The position numbers and the translations under genes were made by a program. The notes below the pieces were generated by a model that saw only the letters and a program-made list of their open reading frames with translations, had not been told where the DNA came from and did not search any database. Positions 61,327 through 64,000 of a stretch of DNA of 64,000 nt are shown here, piece after piece. Source of the stretch: an uncultured bacterium (lineage in GTDB: Bacteria; Oederibacteriota; Oederibacteriia; Oederibacteriales; Oederibacteriaceae); the NCBI GenBank assembly GCA_965112635.1, contig OZ218778.1, positions 1,632,001 to 1,696,000 on the forward strand. The letters are read 5' to 3'. Positions within the stretch are counted from its first letter, which is position 1; each line of letters opens with the position of its first letter.

Positions 61327-62659
61327 AGCTTTTATAAATACCTTCAGGATCCCAGAATTAAGGAAAAAAATACTTTTTACCCTAGTGATGATCGGTATAT
61401 ACCGTTTGGGCTCACATATACCTGTGCCAGGTATCAATGGTGGGGCTCTGAGAAGGTTTTTTGAGACCCAGAACGGCGGTGTCCTAGGATTCCTCGATCT
61501 TTTTTCGGGCGGCGCTTTAAACCGTTATTCCATATTTGCTTTGGGCATTATGCCATACATCAGCACTTCCATTATTATGCAATTATTGACGACAGTTATC
61601 CCTTCCCTGGAGAAATTGGCCAAGGAAGGCGGGGAGATGGGACGTAAAAAGATCACTCAATACACCAGATATGGAACGGTTCTTTTGAGTGCTATCCAGG
61701 CGTTTGGCTCAACCTATATGCTCAAGAATCTACCTTCTTTCGAGGGTCAGAGCATCATCATTCAATGGGGCATTGGGTTCCAATTGATGACCGTATTAAC
61801 CCTGACCGCGGGTACCATTTTTGTTATGTGGATGGGTGAGCAGATCACAGAGCGGGGTATAGGAAATGGCATGTCCCTGCTTATCTTCGGTGGAATCGTT
61901 TCAAGGCTTCCTACCGAATTTTGGAGCATGAAAACTCTCTTAGATGCTGGAACTGTTAGTTTATTCGGATTGCTATTTTTTGTCGCTGTGATGGTATTGT
62001 TGACAGCCTTTACGACCGTGATCCAGCAGGCCCATCGCAAAATCCCTGTTCAATACGCCCAAAGGATTATTGGCCGCAAAGTATATGGGGGGCAAAGCAC
62101 GCATCTCCCATTAAAAGTTGATCATTCAGGGGTAGTTGCAGTTATTTTTGCTTCGTCGGTTCTCATCATCCCATCTATGGTCGCCCAATACGTCCAGAAC
62201 ATAAAATCGACCACCCTTTTACAATCGTTTTTACGATTTATTATTGCTTGGTTTTCACCGGGAGCCCTTTTTTACAATATCTGCTATGCCACACTCATAA
62301 TTTTCTTTTGCTATTTTTATACAGCTATTATCTTTAACCCGGCAGACGTGGCTGAAAATATAAAAAAGTACGGAGGCTTTATTCCAGGGATAAGACCGGG
62401 GCAGCCCACAGCCCAGTATATTGACCATGCCTTAGTCAGGATTACTTTAGGTGGTTCTTTGGCTGTAGCCCTGATCGCGATTTTGCCTGATTACCTGGCC
62501 AAACACATGAGTTTAAGTTGGTATTTTGGCGGAACGACCCTTCTAATTGTGGTGGGTGTCGCTCTGGATACCATGAAACAAATTGAATCCCATCTTCTGA
62601 TGCGCCACTATGAGGGATTCATGAAGAGCGGGAAATTAAAATCACGGACAACTTTTTGA
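61319..62659 (+). CDS. secY: Preprotein translocase subunit SecY
   Basis: SIFALGIMPYI, GIGNGMSL, FIPGIRPG, GGTTLLIVVGV. Confidence 0.99.
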   Translation: MIEAFINTFRIPELRKKILFTLVMIGIYRLGSHIPVPGINGGALRRFFETQNGGVLGFLDLFSGGALNRYSIFALGIMPYISTSIIMQLLTTVIPSLEKLAKEGGEMGRKKITQYTRYGTVLLSAIQAFGSTYMLKNLPSFEGQSIIIQWGIGFQLMTVLTLTAGTIFVMWMGEQITERGIGNGMSLLIFGGIVSRLPTEFWSMKTLLDAGTVSLFGLLFFVAVMVLLTAFTTVIQQAHRKIPVQYAQRIIGRKVYGGQSTHLPLKVDHSGVVAVIFASSVLIIPSMVAQYVQNIKSTTLLQSFLRFIIAWFSPGALFYNICYATLIIFFCYFYTAIIFNPADVAENIKKYGGFIPGIRPGQPTAQYIDHALVRITLGGSLAVALIAILPDYLAKHMSLSWYFGGTTLLIVVGVALDTMKQIESHLLMRHYEGFMKSGKLKSRTTF

Positions 62660-62671
62660 GATAGGAGAAAC

Positions 62672-63310
62672 ATGCAGCTGATTTTCTTGGGACCTCCTGG
62701 GGCGGGCAAAGGGACTTACGCCAAAGAATTGATAGATCGTTACGGGATTCCGCAGATCTCGACTGGAGACCTGCTGCGCCAAGCTGTCAAAGACGGGACA
62801 CCTTTGGGTAAAAAAGCCAAAGATTATATGGATAAAGGGGCGCTTGTTCCCGATGAATTAATCGTCGATCTCATCAAGGAGAGGCTAGGTCAACCGGATT
62901 GCGAGAAAGGGTTTTTATTGGATGGATTCCCTAGGACGGAAAAACAAGCCGAGGCTTTGGAACGTCTTCTAGAAGCCCAGAAAATAAAGTTAAATGCGGT
63001 TATCAATCTTGAAGTAGCCCACGATATTTTGATGCAGCGTCTGACTGGTCGGCGTCTTTGCAAGAAGTGTGGTGAAAATTTTAATATCTACACCAAAAAA
63101 CCGTTGAAAGAAAATGTTTGTGATAAGTGCCAGGGAGAACTTTACCAGCGTAACGACGACAAGGTTGAAACTATAGAGAACAGGCTGGTTGTTTATTCCA
63201 AACAAACCCAGCCGTTGATCGCTTATTATCAGAAAAGGTCTATTTTAAAGACGGTTGTGGCTGAAGGACCTATTGTGGAAGTTGTCAAAAAAATATATTT
63301 GGTTATTTGA
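62672..63310 (+). CDS. adk: Adenylate kinase (Zn-lid)
   Basis: GPPGAGKGT, ISTGDLLR, LDGFPR. Confidence 0.99.
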   Translation: MQLIFLGPPGAGKGTYAKELIDRYGIPQISTGDLLRQAVKDGTPLGKKAKDYMDKGALVPDELIVDLIKERLGQPDCEKGFLLDGFPRTEKQAEALERLLEAQKIKLNAVINLEVAHDILMQRLTGRRLCKKCGENFNIYTKKPLKENVCDKCQGELYQRNDDKVETIENRLVVYSKQTQPLIAYYQKRSILKTVVAEGPIVEVVKKIYLVI

Positions 63311-63322
63311 AATCAAAATTTA

Positions 63323-64000
63323 ATGGTTACTTTAAAAACACCGCAGCAGATACACCTTTTAAGGCAGAGCGGGAGTGTTGTTGCGGAGCTTCTTGTTCTT
63401 TTAAAAAACACGGCCAAAGCGGGGATGACCACGCAGGAGCTGGACAGGATGGCCGAGGCGTTTGTAGTCGAATGCGGGGCTTTCCCAGCGTTTAAAGGAT
63501 ATCAGGATTACCCTTGTAGCCTGTGTACCTCGGTAAACGAAGAGGTCATTCACGGGATTCCTTCTGGGCGTAGGTTAAAAGAAGGGGATGTTTTGAGCAT
63601 CGACGCGGGGGTCGTTAAAGACGGTTTTTTCAGCGATGCGGCCATTACGGTTCCTATCGGAAGCATAGATAGCGATAAGCAAAAGCTTTTAAAGGTCACG
63701 GAAGAATCTCTGTACAAGGGGATAGAACAGGCTAGGGCAGGGAATCATGTTTCTGATATTTCCCATGCCATCCAGGTTCATGTGGAAGCGAATGGTTTTT
63801 CAGTTGTTAGGGATTTTGTGGGGCATGGCATAGGTCAACGGCTCCATGAGGAACCGCAGGTTCCCAACTTTGGCCCACCGGGTCAGGGGCTGCTTTTGAA
63901 AGTCGGAATGGTTTTGGCCATTGAGCCCATGGTCAATCAGGGAAGTTGGGAGATCTTTATACGCGAAAATAAATGGACCGCAGTAACCAAAGATAGCAAG
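63323..64000 (+). CDS. map: Methionine aminopeptidase type I (runs off window end)
   Basis: Manual translation from ATG 63323: MVTLKT...CTSVNEEVIHGIP...GHGIG..LHEEP..AIEPM; absent from the ORF track because there is no stop in the window. Confidence 0.95.
   Translation, partial: MVTLKTPQQIHLLRQSGSVVAELLVLLKNTAKAGMTTQELDRMAEAFVVECGAFPAFKGYQDYPCSLCTSVNEEVIHGIPSGRRLKEGDVLSIDAGVVKDGFFSDAAITVPIGSIDSDKQKLLKVTEESLYKGIEQARAGNHVSDISHAIQVHVEANGFSVVRDFVGHGIGQRLHEEPQVPNFGPPGQGLLLKVGMVLAIEPMVNQGSWEIFIRENKWTAVTKDSK

Noticed and set aside
63307-63495. 62-aa ORF after adk
   Set aside because: Wrong frame; map starts at 63323
1-64000. CRISPR array, tRNA or rRNA genes, island att sites
   Set aside because: No regularly spaced repeats, cloverleafs or rRNA seen by eye; the island boundaries could not be defined

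Overview
Bacterial chromosomal window from a probably diderm organism (Omp85 gene present), in two parts. (1) About 1-24 kb is an AT-variable accessory/defence island. It carries an HhH-GPD glycosylase, a Type III R-M pair (res, an inserted membrane gene, mod), an EVE-HNH nuclease and a HEAT-repeat gene whose partner is split by an intact IS256 (9-bp target duplication). It also carries two PD-(D/E)XK-like proteins, an orphan prohead-protease-like fusion, and a coupled HEPN / antitoxin / SecB triplet whose middle protein ends in an ssrA-like degron (ASNQELALAA). A small tyrosine recombinase has Xer-like sites, one repeated 2.3 kb away. The island ends with a RelE/HTH toxin-antitoxin pair and an orphan phage ParB-MTase / TerS / frameshifted TerL module. 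About 24-30 kb holds duplicated atypical NarL-type regulators, a B12-radical SAM enzyme, hemolysin III and a cold-shock gene. (2) About 30-64 kb is housekeeping: an aldo-keto reductase, zincin-propeller-Omp85, GH4, M23/bactofilin, larE, GT4, rpoBC (not preceded by rplKAJL), the str, S10 and spc operons (no rpmD between rpsE and rplO), secY, adk and a partial map. The best candidate for an undescribed system is the HEPN-type toxin-antitoxin-chaperone triplet at 14542-16125. No rRNA, tRNA or CRISPR array was seen. All family calls come from motif recognition by eye, not database searches.
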